The notes: a model not told the origin generated them from the sequence alone. Shown: positions 15,092-24,618, counted from the stretch's first letter. The stretch: DNA of 26,561 bases from Thermoplasmata archaeon (GCA_028864975.1 JAGWLG010000042.1:1-26561); one strand, 5' to 3'. Numbers and translations: made by a program.

Positions 15092-17266
15092 TCAAGGCTT
15101 GGACCAGCGATCGAAGCGGGAGCGCCAGAAGCTCCCGTGCGCCCGACGGTTCGATAGGAGCGGATAACCGAACCCCGCACCAAGCCCAGCGAGCGAGCCC
15201 AGGCCCACCGAGACGACGGGTCCGGACCCACCGAGCGACCCTGTTGCGGTGCTCGAGCTCGCGTCGGAGTGCACCTGTATCTCGAGCAGCTGGGAGGCCA
15301 CATAGTGACCTGCGGTGTCGGTGACCGTGACCTGAGCATAGTACGTTCCGGGGCTCGAATAGGTGTGGCTCGCGGTCTCGGCAACGAGACTGGTCCTGTC
15401 ACCAAAGGCCCAGACAAAGAGGTAGGGCGCCCGTCCGCCGCTAGCGCTGGCCGCGAACGAGACCGAGAGCGGAGGGACCCCGGTTTGGGCGCTCGCCGTG
15501 GCGCGCAGGACCACTGAGGAGCCCATGTCGCCGTTCACATCGGAGCCAAGTATCGTAACCTGAATCGATGGGGCGTTGTAGCTCCCACCCGAGCCATCAG
15601 AGACCGACACCGAGAGCACGAAGTTTCCCGCTTCGCTGTAGGTGTGAGACACCACGAGACCCGTGGCCAGAGTCCCATCTCCGAAGTTCCAGTCGACCAC
15701 ATACGGCGACACACCCCCCGATGGTGTGGCGCCGATGGACACCGTGAGAGGTGCGGGTCCGGTGATCGAGCTGAGCGAGACCGACAACGTCAGCGGCAAC
15801 GACTGGTTCTCGCCCTGAACGTAGACCGTCAATGACGACGCTTGGGCGGTAGTCCCCGCGGAGTCGGTGACCGTGAGGGAGACGATGTACGCACCGTGAT
15901 TGACATAGGTGTGCGTCGGCGAGGCAGAGCTGCCCGACGTACCGTCCCCGAAGGACCAACCGTAGGTGTACGGAGCCACGCCCCCAGAGGCAGACGACGT
16001 GAAGTTCACGACCAGCGGAGCTGTTCCCCAGCTAGGGGTTGCGGTGTCGGACACCAGGAGAGTCGGGGGCGGGGGTGGGGTCGAGCCGGAGCACACTGAG
16101 GCTGCCTTGCTGACATCGAAGAGGTCGAGAGAGCCCGTCCCGTTGGACGTGGAACTCCATGCCGTGACCCCCAGCAGGTCGAGCGCGGGATCGAAGGCGA
16201 TCTGCATCGGGGAGGCGACGGGGTAGGGCAGGGGGCTCATGGCGGTGAGGTTCGAAGCGCAGTAGACCTCCCCCTGCTGCGAGAATCCCGTGGTGGCCAG
16301 AAGGTCGTGGACAGGGTCGAGCGCGACGCCGAAGACCTGGCCCACCGTGGGGAGGGTCGTGAGGACCTTGAGCGGGTTCTCTTCGATCACGGTGATCACC
16401 GACCCCTGCGAGCCGGAGACGTAGACCAGGTGGTGGATCGGATCCAGAGCCTCGGTCGAGTAGGTGAGGTCGCTCACCGCGAGGTTGGCGACAAGGGTGT
16501 CCGTGGAGGTGTTGACCACATGCACGGTGTTGGAGCCGGTGTCGGTGACGAAGGCCAGCTGGGTGGAGGGGTCGAGGGTGATCCAGTAGGGCCAGCTGCC
16601 CGCACCGGTGGAGACGTTGGCGACGACATGCCCGGTAGGGCGGTCGACAACGGACAGCTCCGAGTTGAAGAAGTCGGTGACCCAGAGCTGGTTGGTCTGG
16701 GGGTCGAACGCGACAGAGTAGGGGGCCGCCTGGCGTCCAGAGAGACCGACCTGGACGTTCTGGAGGAGGTTGCCGTTGGAGGTATCGAACTTGCCGAGGT
16801 TGGAGTCGAGGTAAGGGACCCACAGGTCGTTGGTGGAGTTGTCGAACCAGCTGCCACGAGCCTCGCCGTTGCCCCCAACGGACCAGGTGAGGAGGGCGCT
16901 CTTCGAGAGGAGGTCCACAGAGGTGACATGGTCGGTGGGGGCGTTGGAGGCGTCAATGACGAAGGCGCGATGGGTGGCCGGATCGATGGTCAACCCCCAC
17001 GGGTAGGGCCCCGTCGGAACACTGCCCGCCGCAGATACCAGCGCCGAGCCAGCGGGCACCCCCCCGGCCGCGGAACCCACCGTCCCGACCGGGAGGTCCG
17101 CCCCAGCTGCAACCGCTCCTCTAGGAAGCCCACCCAAGGAGAGCCCCGCCACGAGGGCCAGCAACCCAACCACCAGGCCAAGAAGGAACAAGTGCACCGA
17201 GGATGGTCTCGGGGAGGTCACGGTAAGACGGGGTGGGGCTCGCATGTGTGGCGCGGTGCGCGTCAT
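15092..17266 (-). CDS. Surface protein: signal peptide, YVTN/YncE-type beta-propeller, 3 PKD domains, C-terminal membrane anchor
   Basis: Hydrophobic leader LFLLGLVVGLLALVAGLSLGG. Repeats of the type PYSVAFDPQTNQLWVTD and PYWITLDPSTQLAFVTD. Three PKD repeats (WSFGDG/WNFGDG/WAFGDR...SHTY..G.Y.V...V.D). Gly-rich hydrophobic C-terminus followed by Arg. ATG 17266 lies about 27 nt after TATATG. Confidence 0.88.
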   Translation of the reverse strand: MTRTAPHMRAPPRLTVTSPRPSSVHLFLLGLVVGLLALVAGLSLGGLPRGAVAAGADLPVGTVGSAAGGVPAGSALVSAAGSVPTGPYPWGLTIDPATHRAFVIDASNAPTDHVTSVDLLSKSALLTWSVGGNGEARGSWFDNSTNDLWVPYLDSNLGKFDTSNGNLLQNVQVGLSGRQAAPYSVAFDPQTNQLWVTDFFNSELSVVDRPTGHVVANVSTGAGSWPYWITLDPSTQLAFVTDTGSNTVHVVNTSTDTLVANLAVSDLTYSTEALDPIHHLVYVSGSQGSVITVIEENPLKVLTTLPTVGQVFGVALDPVHDLLATTGFSQQGEVYCASNLTAMSPLPYPVASPMQIAFDPALDLLGVTAWSSTSNGTGSLDLFDVSKAASVCSGSTPPPPPTLLVSDTATPSWGTAPLVVNFTSSASGGVAPYTYGWSFGDGTSGSSASPTHTYVNHGAYIVSLTVTDSAGTTAQASSLTVYVQGENQSLPLTLSVSLSSITGPAPLTVSIGATPSGGVSPYVVDWNFGDGTLATGLVVSHTYSEAGNFVLSVSVSDGSGGSYNAPSIQVTILGSDVNGDMGSSVVLRATASAQTGVPPLSVSFAASASGGRAPYLFVWAFGDRTSLVAETASHTYSSPGTYYAQVTVTDTAGHYVASQLLEIQVHSDASSSTATGSLGGSGPVVSVGLGSLAGLGAGFGYPLLSNRRAHGSFWRSRFDRWSKP

Positions 17267-17462
17267 CGCCCTTTGGTGGTGTGCTCCAGCCTCATATACG
17301 TCCCCCGGAGATTCGACGTGAATCCGACGGTCCGCACACCTCCACAAAGATCCAGGTGTTGAACTCAACAGGCGCGAGCATGCGCGCCCGACGCCCCAAG
17401 GTCGGGACGGCCCGAGAGGTTTATGACGGGGGGATGCCCCTATCGAGCCTACGGCAGACCGG

Positions 17463-20400
17463 ATGTTTCTTTCAACGTGGCCGGGCCAAGTGGCGGTGGC
17501 GGGCGCGCTCTGCCTGCTGTTTCTGGGGTCCCTGTTGGTGGATCCCTCGGCCAGCGGGGGCTTCGCTCCCCTCCCTCGTGCCGACGCGTCGGTGCCTGCG
17601 GCCCCTTCGCTCCCCGCCCTCCCCGCCCTGGCACCTGCCTACGTCCAGTATCGGTACGTCTCGCTGCCGGCGGTTTCCGGGGGTGGCTATGGAGTTGCCT
17701 TTGACGCCCTCCACCGGACCTACGACGTCGTGGGGACCACGGGGCTTACGGCAGTGGCCGAAGGGTCCTGGTCGGTGGTCGGGTCATTGAGCCTCAGTTT
17801 GGGCTCGTACACCCGTGTTGCCGTGGACCCAGGACGCGAGCGCGCCTTCGTGAGCGGTGGCACGGTCACGAATGTGGTCGAGGTCAACACTTCCACCCTA
17901 TCGGTCATGTCGACGTTGAGGACCTCGGCCGACGTCGAAGGTCTAGCGGTCGACCCCACCTTGGCGTTGCTTGTCTATTGCAACGGCACCGACGTCTCAT
18001 TCTACGACTATGTCACCGGCGCCCCGCCGGTCGACATCCCCACGGTGGGTTGTTCGCGGGTGGCCATTGACACGGATCATCGCCTGGTCGCCGGTACCGA
18101 GCCGGGAACCAGCGTTGTTGCCATCCTCAACGAGACCACGCATCGGTGGTTCTCCAATGCCACGGTGTACTCCGCTCCGCTCCCTGTGGTCTACGATCCA
18201 GCGTCCCACGAGTTCATTTCGGGGAGCAACGGGGCGAGCGAGATCTCGATCTTTCTCGCCACCCACCCGGGAGTCGTCACCAACCTCAGCGTCCCGGGGA
18301 TCTCCCTCGTCCAAGATGAGTCGATGGTGGGGGTCGGGGCCGACGAGCTCCTGGTCTGGGGGAACTCCCAGATGGACGTCTTCGACGTGCCATCGCAGAC
18401 GTTCCTCCAGCAAGTGACCCCGTCCTCGGCCCCAGGTTTTCCCTACGGGATCGCGACCGACCCGGTCACACACGTGGCCGTGGGCATAGATCCCGTGAAC
18501 CAGATCGACCTCCCGTTCGCCCCGATCACACCCTTGAAGACCGTGCTCTTCTCCGCTGGAACCGCCTTTTCCGGTGGAGGGTACGGCGTTGCCTTCGACG
18601 CGTTCCATGACACGTTCGACGTGGTGGGCTCTGCTGGAGTCCAAGTCGTCCAGGAAGGGACCTGGTCTGGGGCGGGCTCGATCCCTATTTCGCTTGGGAA
18701 CTACGATCGCATCGCGATCGACAGCGGGCGGCAGCTCGGATTCTTCTCGGGCGGGACCGCTGGGAACGTCCGGGTGTTCAACACGACCACGCTATCGGTG
18801 GTGCTCACGCTAAAGACCGGGTCCAACGCAGCGCAGGGACTTGCCGTGGATCCGATCCGGCATCTGCTCGTGTACGCGAACGGCTCAGGTATTTCCTTCT
18901 TCAACTACGCGACCCTCGCCGCGCCGATCACCATCCCCGCGAGCGCGGGCGGACGAGTGGCCATCGATCCGGATCATCAGATCGTGGCGGTGTCAGAAGG
19001 TAGCATGGTGGCCCTGCTCAACGAGACCACCCGCAAGTGGATCACCAACGTCACGATCACTCAGGTCCTGCCCGTCGGATATGACAACCTGACGGGGGAG
19101 GCCGTTCTCGGCAGCAACGGAGGAAATGCCCTCAGTCACTTCCAGATGGTCCGGAGCAACCCCGTCACGAACGTCACCATAGGATCGTTGACGACGACGC
19201 AGGACCTGTGCATGGTCGGAGGAGGCTCGGACGAGGCGTTGCTGTGGGGTACGTCTTCGTTGGTGGTCTATGCGGTCAATAACGATACCATCCTCCAGAC
19301 CCTGAGCGGGTCCGGCAACTTCCCCTACGGTATCGCCGAGGACCCTGCCACCTTCACCGCTCTCGGCGTGGACCCCGTGAACGGGTATGATTCCCCCTAC
19401 TACGGAACCGTACAATCTCCGACACCACCGACGGGCGTCACAGCGTCTCCGGGTAATGGGACGTTCACCGTCAGATGGAGCGCCAGCAGCTCGACGGGAC
19501 TGACGAACTACTCCGTCTCCTACGGGGCATCACCCTCCTCCCTCACTTCGTCCTATTCTGTCGGGAGTGCAAGCACATTGTCCGCGACCCTCCCTTGGGT
19601 GAATGGAGCAAAGGTCTACGCGGACGTGGTGGCCTGGGTCGGGACACAGCCGAGCGCACCCTCCTCGCCTGTGGTCAGTACGACACCCGGCAGCATCCCG
19701 TACCCTCCCGAAGCGGTGAGCGTCACGCCCTCGAACCGCTCGTTGCTCGTCTCCTGGGGCGCTCCTGCCTCCAACGGCGGATGGAGTCTCCTGAACTTCA
19801 GCGTCGGAGTCGGTGCGACCCCCACGTCTCTGAGATGGTCTTGGAGCGCCGGGGGGCCCGCGAGTTCCCTGTGGGTCTACGGGTTCACGGACGGAGTCCC
19901 AGAGTTCGTCGCCGTGCGTGCCTGGAACGTCATCGGTGGAAGCAACCCTTCCGGGGTGACCTCCGCGACACCCGCCGGTGCTCCCTTCCCGGTTCAAGGG
20001 CTCGGCGTTACCTCGGGCAACGGCACGCTCACCGCGAGCTGGAACGCGCCCGTATCCGACGATGGGTCGCCGATCGACAACTATAGCCTGGGATTGGGCG
20101 CGTCTCCCACGTCCCTTCTATGGTCTTACTCCACAGGGACGGGCTCTCAGCTGAGCTACACCTTCGCTCCCCTCCTGGACGGGGCCATCCAGTACGTGTC
20201 GGTCCGTGCGTGGAACGCTATCGGCGGTTCCAACGCATCCCTCCCTGTCGCCGGAACCCCGGTAGGTGTTCCGTACCCCGTTCGGGCGCTAGTGCTGCTC
20301 CCGTCGAACCACACCCTGACGGTCCATTGGCAAGCACCCTTGAGCGACGAGGGAGCACCGGTCGTGAACTACAGCGTAGGGTGGGGCTCGTCGCCTCAAT

Positions 20401-22622
20401 CCCTCATATGGTCCGGCTCGACCGGCTCTGGCTCGAACTTCTGGTTCAATGTCACAGGTCTCCCCGACGGCGCCCGAGTTTACGTGGCGGTTCGTGCCTG
20501 GAACGCGGTGGGCGGCAGCACACTCTCCAGTCCAGTCTCAGGAACGCCCGCGGGGGTGCCCTACCCGGTGCGCTCCGTCTACGTCGCGGGCGCCAACAAC
20601 TCTCTCCTGATCAACTGGACCGCGCCCTACTCGGACGATGGCTCCCCCGTGGTGAACTTCAGCATTGGGATGGGGACTTCGGGGGGCGGCCTGATCTGGA
20701 ATAATGCGACGGGTAGCGGATCGGTCGTTTCCTTCCGAATCGGAGGGCTCACGAACGGCGTTGTTCTCTTTGTCTCAGTTCGCGCCTGGAACGCCCTAGG
20801 GGGAAGCGCACCGTCGACACCGACCGGGGGGACCCCGGGCGGTGCGCCTTTCCCGGTGGTCGGTCTTTCCGTCACCTCATACAACACCACCTTGTCCGTC
20901 GGCTGGAGCGCCCCGGTCTCCGACGGTGGAGTTCCGATCGACCATTTCTGGGTCACCTCCGCGACCTCACCTGGTGGACCGAATACGACTACCGAGGTTT
21001 CCGGCTCCTGCCCTTGTTCGATGGCCCTCCAGGGTCTGGTGGACGGCCAGGCCTACTACGTCAGCGTCCGCGCGCACAATCCTAGGGGTAACAGCACGGC
21101 TACGACCCCACGCGTGGGCATCCCAGCGGGGGTCCCCTACCCGCCCGAAGCGATCTCTGTCGATCTCGTCGGACCTACCGATGCCGTCGCGTCTTGGTCA
21201 GCGCCCTTCTCCATCGACGGGAACGCCCTCACGGGCTACGTGCTGGAGTACCAGGTTGGGCAAGGTCCGGTCCAGAACGTTAGCCTAGGGCCAGCCATCC
21301 TCACCTATCGACTGAGCGGGCTCCCCTCGGGTACATCCCTTGCTTTGCGGGTCTTGGCCGAGAACGCAGTGGGAGCAGGAAATGCGACGGGCTGGGTGAC
21401 CATCCAGACCCCACAGCCGTCGGTCGGGGGGATCCAGCTTCTCGGGACCTCGTGGGGATGGCTGCTTGCCCTTGTGGGCGCATTCGTCCTCGCCATCGTT
21501 TTGATCATTCTCTACCGTCGTCGGCGCAAGGACTCCTCCTCTCGCTCGCCGCCCACGGGGTCCGGCCGCGCCTCGAGCCCAGATGCCGTTGCACCCACCC
21601 CTCCAAAGCTCTGGGCGGGTGCCCCCGGTGGTTCGAGCTCGGACGAAGTAGCCCCATCTTATGGCACGTACCCCTTGGCGTCGATGCCGGAATGGTCCGA
21701 AGAGAGCCCTCCCGATGAAGAACGGGGGCATGGACCAACGACCAGCGCATTCTCTCCTCTCTCCCCGTATGTCATGACCGTCCGCCCGGAAGGGATCCGC
21801 GTCGAACAGATCCTTCCTGGAGGGCAGCTCGCGCCGGTTCGCTCCGGGGAAGCCAGCGGAGCTTCGCCGGCCCCTGTCGCCTCGGAAGAGGAATACGACG
21901 AGGAGGGGGAGGTGGAGGTAGCTGAGACCGGGGTCACGCCCGTCGCGCACCCTGCACCGACGGCTCATGTTCCCCAGCTCACGGGGGCCGACGCCTATTC
22001 GGTTCTGGGGTCTCTCTCCTCTCAAGCGCGCAGCTTGGACGGGATCAAGCAAGCGACCCGGCTCGAGGATGATGGGCTGCTGCTGCTTCTCGGTGCTTTC
22101 GTGCGCGCGAAATTGGTCACCCGGTCCGCCGCAACGACCTCCGGAGCCCCCGGTGGCACCTTCGCCCTTACGCCTGCTGGTCGCTCCGTTCTGCGGCGGG
22201 GACTACCTTCACCCTCCCAGCCATCCCCTCCGAGCGCCGCTACTCCCGCACCTAACGCGGGCACTCCCTCACCCACCTATGTCCCGTCTGGAAGTCTCCC
22301 CCCGCCCCTCGGCTTGACGCAACTCCCCGCCAGCCACGCCGTCGTCTTGCACCTATCGGCCTTCCACGGGCACAGAGATGAGGCCGTCGTCCCGTCCGAG
22401 GTCTCGCAAGCGGGGATCGCTCAAGCACTTGCGACGACTCCCAACTCGGTCGCGGTGACCCTGAAGCGGCTGGAGGACGGCGGACTGGTCCAACACGACC
22501 TTCGCCACGTCAAGGGGGCACGACGACGGCTGAAGACCTACTTCTTGACCGAGAAAGGGCTGAGCTTCCGACGCGAGCTGCTCAAGAGCCGGGAAAAGGA
22601 GAATCGGCAGGGACCACAGTAG
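17463..22622 (+). CDS. 1719-aa single-pass membrane protein: signal peptide, 2 beta-propeller-like domains, 7 FN3 repeats, TM, Pro/acidic linker, 2 winged-helix domains
   Basis: Two GGGYGVAFD-initiated domains of about 290 aa. Seven FN3 repeats of about 96 aa (P.P.....W.AP.SD.G....NYS......V.VRAWN..G.S). TM WGWLLALVGAFVLAIVLIILY followed by RRRRK (21453-21530). wHTH motifs at 21981-22199 and 22320-22583. Confidence 0.9.
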   Translation: MFLSTWPGQVAVAGALCLLFLGSLLVDPSASGGFAPLPRADASVPAAPSLPALPALAPAYVQYRYVSLPAVSGGGYGVAFDALHRTYDVVGTTGLTAVAEGSWSVVGSLSLSLGSYTRVAVDPGRERAFVSGGTVTNVVEVNTSTLSVMSTLRTSADVEGLAVDPTLALLVYCNGTDVSFYDYVTGAPPVDIPTVGCSRVAIDTDHRLVAGTEPGTSVVAILNETTHRWFSNATVYSAPLPVVYDPASHEFISGSNGASEISIFLATHPGVVTNLSVPGISLVQDESMVGVGADELLVWGNSQMDVFDVPSQTFLQQVTPSSAPGFPYGIATDPVTHVAVGIDPVNQIDLPFAPITPLKTVLFSAGTAFSGGGYGVAFDAFHDTFDVVGSAGVQVVQEGTWSGAGSIPISLGNYDRIAIDSGRQLGFFSGGTAGNVRVFNTTTLSVVLTLKTGSNAAQGLAVDPIRHLLVYANGSGISFFNYATLAAPITIPASAGGRVAIDPDHQIVAVSEGSMVALLNETTRKWITNVTITQVLPVGYDNLTGEAVLGSNGGNALSHFQMVRSNPVTNVTIGSLTTTQDLCMVGGGSDEALLWGTSSLVVYAVNNDTILQTLSGSGNFPYGIAEDPATFTALGVDPVNGYDSPYYGTVQSPTPPTGVTASPGNGTFTVRWSASSSTGLTNYSVSYGASPSSLTSSYSVGSASTLSATLPWVNGAKVYADVVAWVGTQPSAPSSPVVSTTPGSIPYPPEAVSVTPSNRSLLVSWGAPASNGGWSLLNFSVGVGATPTSLRWSWSAGGPASSLWVYGFTDGVPEFVAVRAWNVIGGSNPSGVTSATPAGAPFPVQGLGVTSGNGTLTASWNAPVSDDGSPIDNYSLGLGASPTSLLWSYSTGTGSQLSYTFAPLLDGAIQYVSVRAWNAIGGSNASLPVAGTPVGVPYPVRALVLLPSNHTLTVHWQAPLSDEGAPVVNYSVGWGSSPQSLIWSGSTGSGSNFWFNVTGLPDGARVYVAVRAWNAVGGSTLSSPVSGTPAGVPYPVRSVYVAGANNSLLINWTAPYSDDGSPVVNFSIGMGTSGGGLIWNNATGSGSVVSFRIGGLTNGVVLFVSVRAWNALGGSAPSTPTGGTPGGAPFPVVGLSVTSYNTTLSVGWSAPVSDGGVPIDHFWVTSATSPGGPNTTTEVSGSCPCSMALQGLVDGQAYYVSVRAHNPRGNSTATTPRVGIPAGVPYPPEAISVDLVGPTDAVASWSAPFSIDGNALTGYVLEYQVGQGPVQNVSLGPAILTYRLSGLPSGTSLALRVLAENAVGAGNATGWVTIQTPQPSVGGIQLLGTSWGWLLALVGAFVLAIVLIILYRRRRKDSSSRSPPTGSGRASSPDAVAPTPPKLWAGAPGGSSSDEVAPSYGTYPLASMPEWSEESPPDEERGHGPTTSAFSPLSPYVMTVRPEGIRVEQILPGGQLAPVRSGEASGASPAPVASEEEYDEEGEVEVAETGVTPVAHPAPTAHVPQLTGADAYSVLGSLSSQARSLDGIKQATRLEDDGLLLLLGAFVRAKLVTRSAATTSGAPGGTFALTPAGRSVLRRGLPSPSQPSPPSAATPAPNAGTPSPTYVPSGSLPPPLGLTQLPASHAVVLHLSAFHGHRDEAVVPSEVSQAGIAQALATTPNSVAVTLKRLEDGGLVQHDLRHVKGARRRLKTYFLTEKGLSFRRELLKSREKENRQGPQ
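19410..21415 (+). repeat. Seven tandem fibronectin type III coding repeats (about 288 nt period, diverged at DNA level)
   Basis: Recurring VRAWN (GTCCGTGCGTGGAAC-like) and PYP/PFP motifs at about 96-codon spacing. Confidence 0.85.
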
Positions 22623-22692
22623 GACGCCTTACATCCTTGACGGCTGGAAGATCCTCCGCGCGAAGCATTCTCCCGCGCACGGCCGGCATTCC

Positions 22693-24618
22693 CTACGGGG
22701 GGTGAGGGGGGAGGTACGATGGTGGAGCTGGGTACGGTGGCGGCGGCTCAGGGTAGGGTTGCGGGCCCTGAGAGGAGTAAGGAAACTGGCTCGAGGGCCC
22801 CCAGCCGGTGGCACTCGGCGGAGCGCCGAGCGCGCCACCTCGCATCCGCCCCTTCCTCCTACGTACCAGGAGGATGACGGTGACCGCCAGTACGGCTAGC
22901 AGGATCAGGGCCATCACAGTGAGTCCTTCGAAAGTCACGAGCCAGTCGGCCAACGTGGACGTGGGAGGTGCCGAGAGCACCACGGTAACGACCCCGCTGG
23001 AGTTCCCGTAGCCTACGCTGTTCCGCGCGCTGACATTCAGGTTGTAGGTGTCCCCCGTCGTGAGGTTTCCGAGGGTGGCATGGTCTGCAGTCGCACCCAG
23101 GACTTCGTAGGTCCAGGTCGGGCTGGTCTCGTCGCGCCACCCCACACGGAACGCCGTGATGACGCTACCGTCGTTCGATCGAGGTAGACTCCACTGCAGC
23201 CCGATGACAGTTGCCCCTTGAGCGGAAGCGGAGACGTTCTGAGGTGGGAATGGGATCCCGACTGGAATGGTCTCGACCGCTGGAGAGGAGGGACCACTCG
23301 AGACAGAGCCGTTCCAAGCCGTCACGGCGGCGTACACTGGTGAGCCGTCGGGCCAGGAGAGGCTCACGGTGGAGGGTGAGGAGCTCCCTGTCGAGATAGT
23401 ACGCGTGAGGGTCGCCGCGGAGCTTCCGTACTCGATGGAATAGTTTGTGATCCTGTAGGCCACGGATGCACTCCAAGTGACACTTGCGCTGTTGTTCCCT
23501 CCCCTCAGGGACACGAACGCGGGAGGGGAGGGGACCGTGGAGACGGAGGTGAGGAATGGCGTGTCTTGCGAAGCCGCAGGATCAACCCCTAGGGCCACCT
23601 CGGTCGACGGGTCAACTGCGATTCCGTAGGGGAAGCTTCCGCCCCCGGGAATCGCGATCGATTGGAGCACCGACATATTATTCGCAGCGACGACCGAGAG
23701 TCGGTTGTTCCCCCAAACGAGAACCTCGCTCGTCCCTCCACCAACAGGCGCCATGTCTTGGAGGTTCGTCATAAGCGAGATCGTGCTGTTCGTCGAGCGT
23801 CCCAGGGTCGCCGGCGAAAGAGTGCTCCACTGGTTGTTGCCATTGCTCCCCGCCACGAACTGGTCCGTAGCGGGGACGAAGGTGAGTGGGAGGATCGAGG
23901 GGACCACCGAGACGTTCCCGAACCAGCGGTGCGTGGTTTCGTTGATCAGCCACACGACACCAGGAGTGGTGGGTTGGCTTGCGGCCACGACCTGGTGGAC
24001 CGGGTCCAACGCCACGCGTGTGGGGGTCCCTACTGCGACCGCAGCGAGGTGCGTCGAGGTGACGTAATTGTAGAAGGAGACCCCCGTGCCATCCGTGTAG
24101 ACGAGGAGGGCGCGGCCCGGGTCGAGCGCCATCCCCTCGGCCCCTCCCGAGGTAGGAATCGAGCCTGTTACGGTGAGGGTCGTGGTGTTCACGATCGAGA
24201 TACCCGTCGCGGTACCGCCCGAGACGAACGCCAACTGGCGTCCTCCGTCCACGACCACTCTGCAGTAGTTCCCCAAGGAGAGGGAGACGTTTCCCGCGTA
24301 GGTCCAAGTTCCTTCTCGGACCACCTGGAGGCCCCTTGTGGTGCTCGCGACATCGAAAGTCTGGTGGAGTGGGTCGAAGGCGACTCCGTAGCCCCCTCCC
24401 GAGAACGGAGTGCCCGCATGGTACGAGACCATGTTGAGGGGGGCGGGGGGAATCCCGAGTGCCGGGCTTCCCGATGCGGCAGCCGCACGGGGCAAGACCC
24501 CTTCGAGCCCGGAAGTGGGGCGTAGTACCGAGGGGAGAACGAGAATGGCGACCACGATCAGGGTGGACGTCAGCCAGAACCTTTGGACACCCCTACTCCA
24601 TCGAACTCTCGCTACCAT
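22693..24618 (-). CDS. Shorter paralogue: signal peptide, 1 propeller, 2 FN3, TM, Pro/Tyr-rich tail
   Basis: GGGYGVAFDPLHQTFDV...SLSLGNYCRVVVDGGRQLAFVSGGTA closely parallels both propellers of 17463..22622. TM LTVMALILLAVLAVTVILLV is followed by RRRKGR. The tail is PQPYPEPPPPYPAPPSYLPPHPP. An alternative GTG start lies at 24687. Confidence 0.88.
   Translation of the reverse strand: MVARVRWSRGVQRFWLTSTLIVVAILVLPSVLRPTSGLEGVLPRAAAASGSPALGIPPAPLNMVSYHAGTPFSGGGYGVAFDPLHQTFDVASTTRGLQVVREGTWTYAGNVSLSLGNYCRVVVDGGRQLAFVSGGTATGISIVNTTTLTVTGSIPTSGGAEGMALDPGRALLVYTDGTGVSFYNYVTSTHLAAVAVGTPTRVALDPVHQVVAASQPTTPGVVWLINETTHRWFGNVSVVPSILPLTFVPATDQFVAGSNGNNQWSTLSPATLGRSTNSTISLMTNLQDMAPVGGGTSEVLVWGNNRLSVVAANNMSVLQSIAIPGGGSFPYGIAVDPSTEVALGVDPAASQDTPFLTSVSTVPSPPAFVSLRGGNNSASVTWSASVAYRITNYSIEYGSSAATLTRTISTGSSSPSTVSLSWPDGSPVYAAVTAWNGSVSSGPSSPAVETIPVGIPFPPQNVSASAQGATVIGLQWSLPRSNDGSVITAFRVGWRDETSPTWTYEVLGATADHATLGNLTTGDTYNLNVSARNSVGYGNSSGVVTVVLSAPPTSTLADWLVTFEGLTVMALILLAVLAVTVILLVRRRKGRMRGGALGAPPSATGWGPSSQFPYSSQGPQPYPEPPPPYPAPPSYLPPHPP

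Noticed and set aside
16032-17362. ORFs 16032..16823, 16307..17362 and 16474..16956
   Set aside because: Off-frame or antisense products of the YVTN-propeller gene.
19410-21415. Periodic sequence that might be a CRISPR array or DGR repeat
   Set aside because: The period of about 288 nt and synonymous divergence match FN3 coding repeats. There are no identical 25-45 nt repeats with spacers and no reverse transcriptase in the window.
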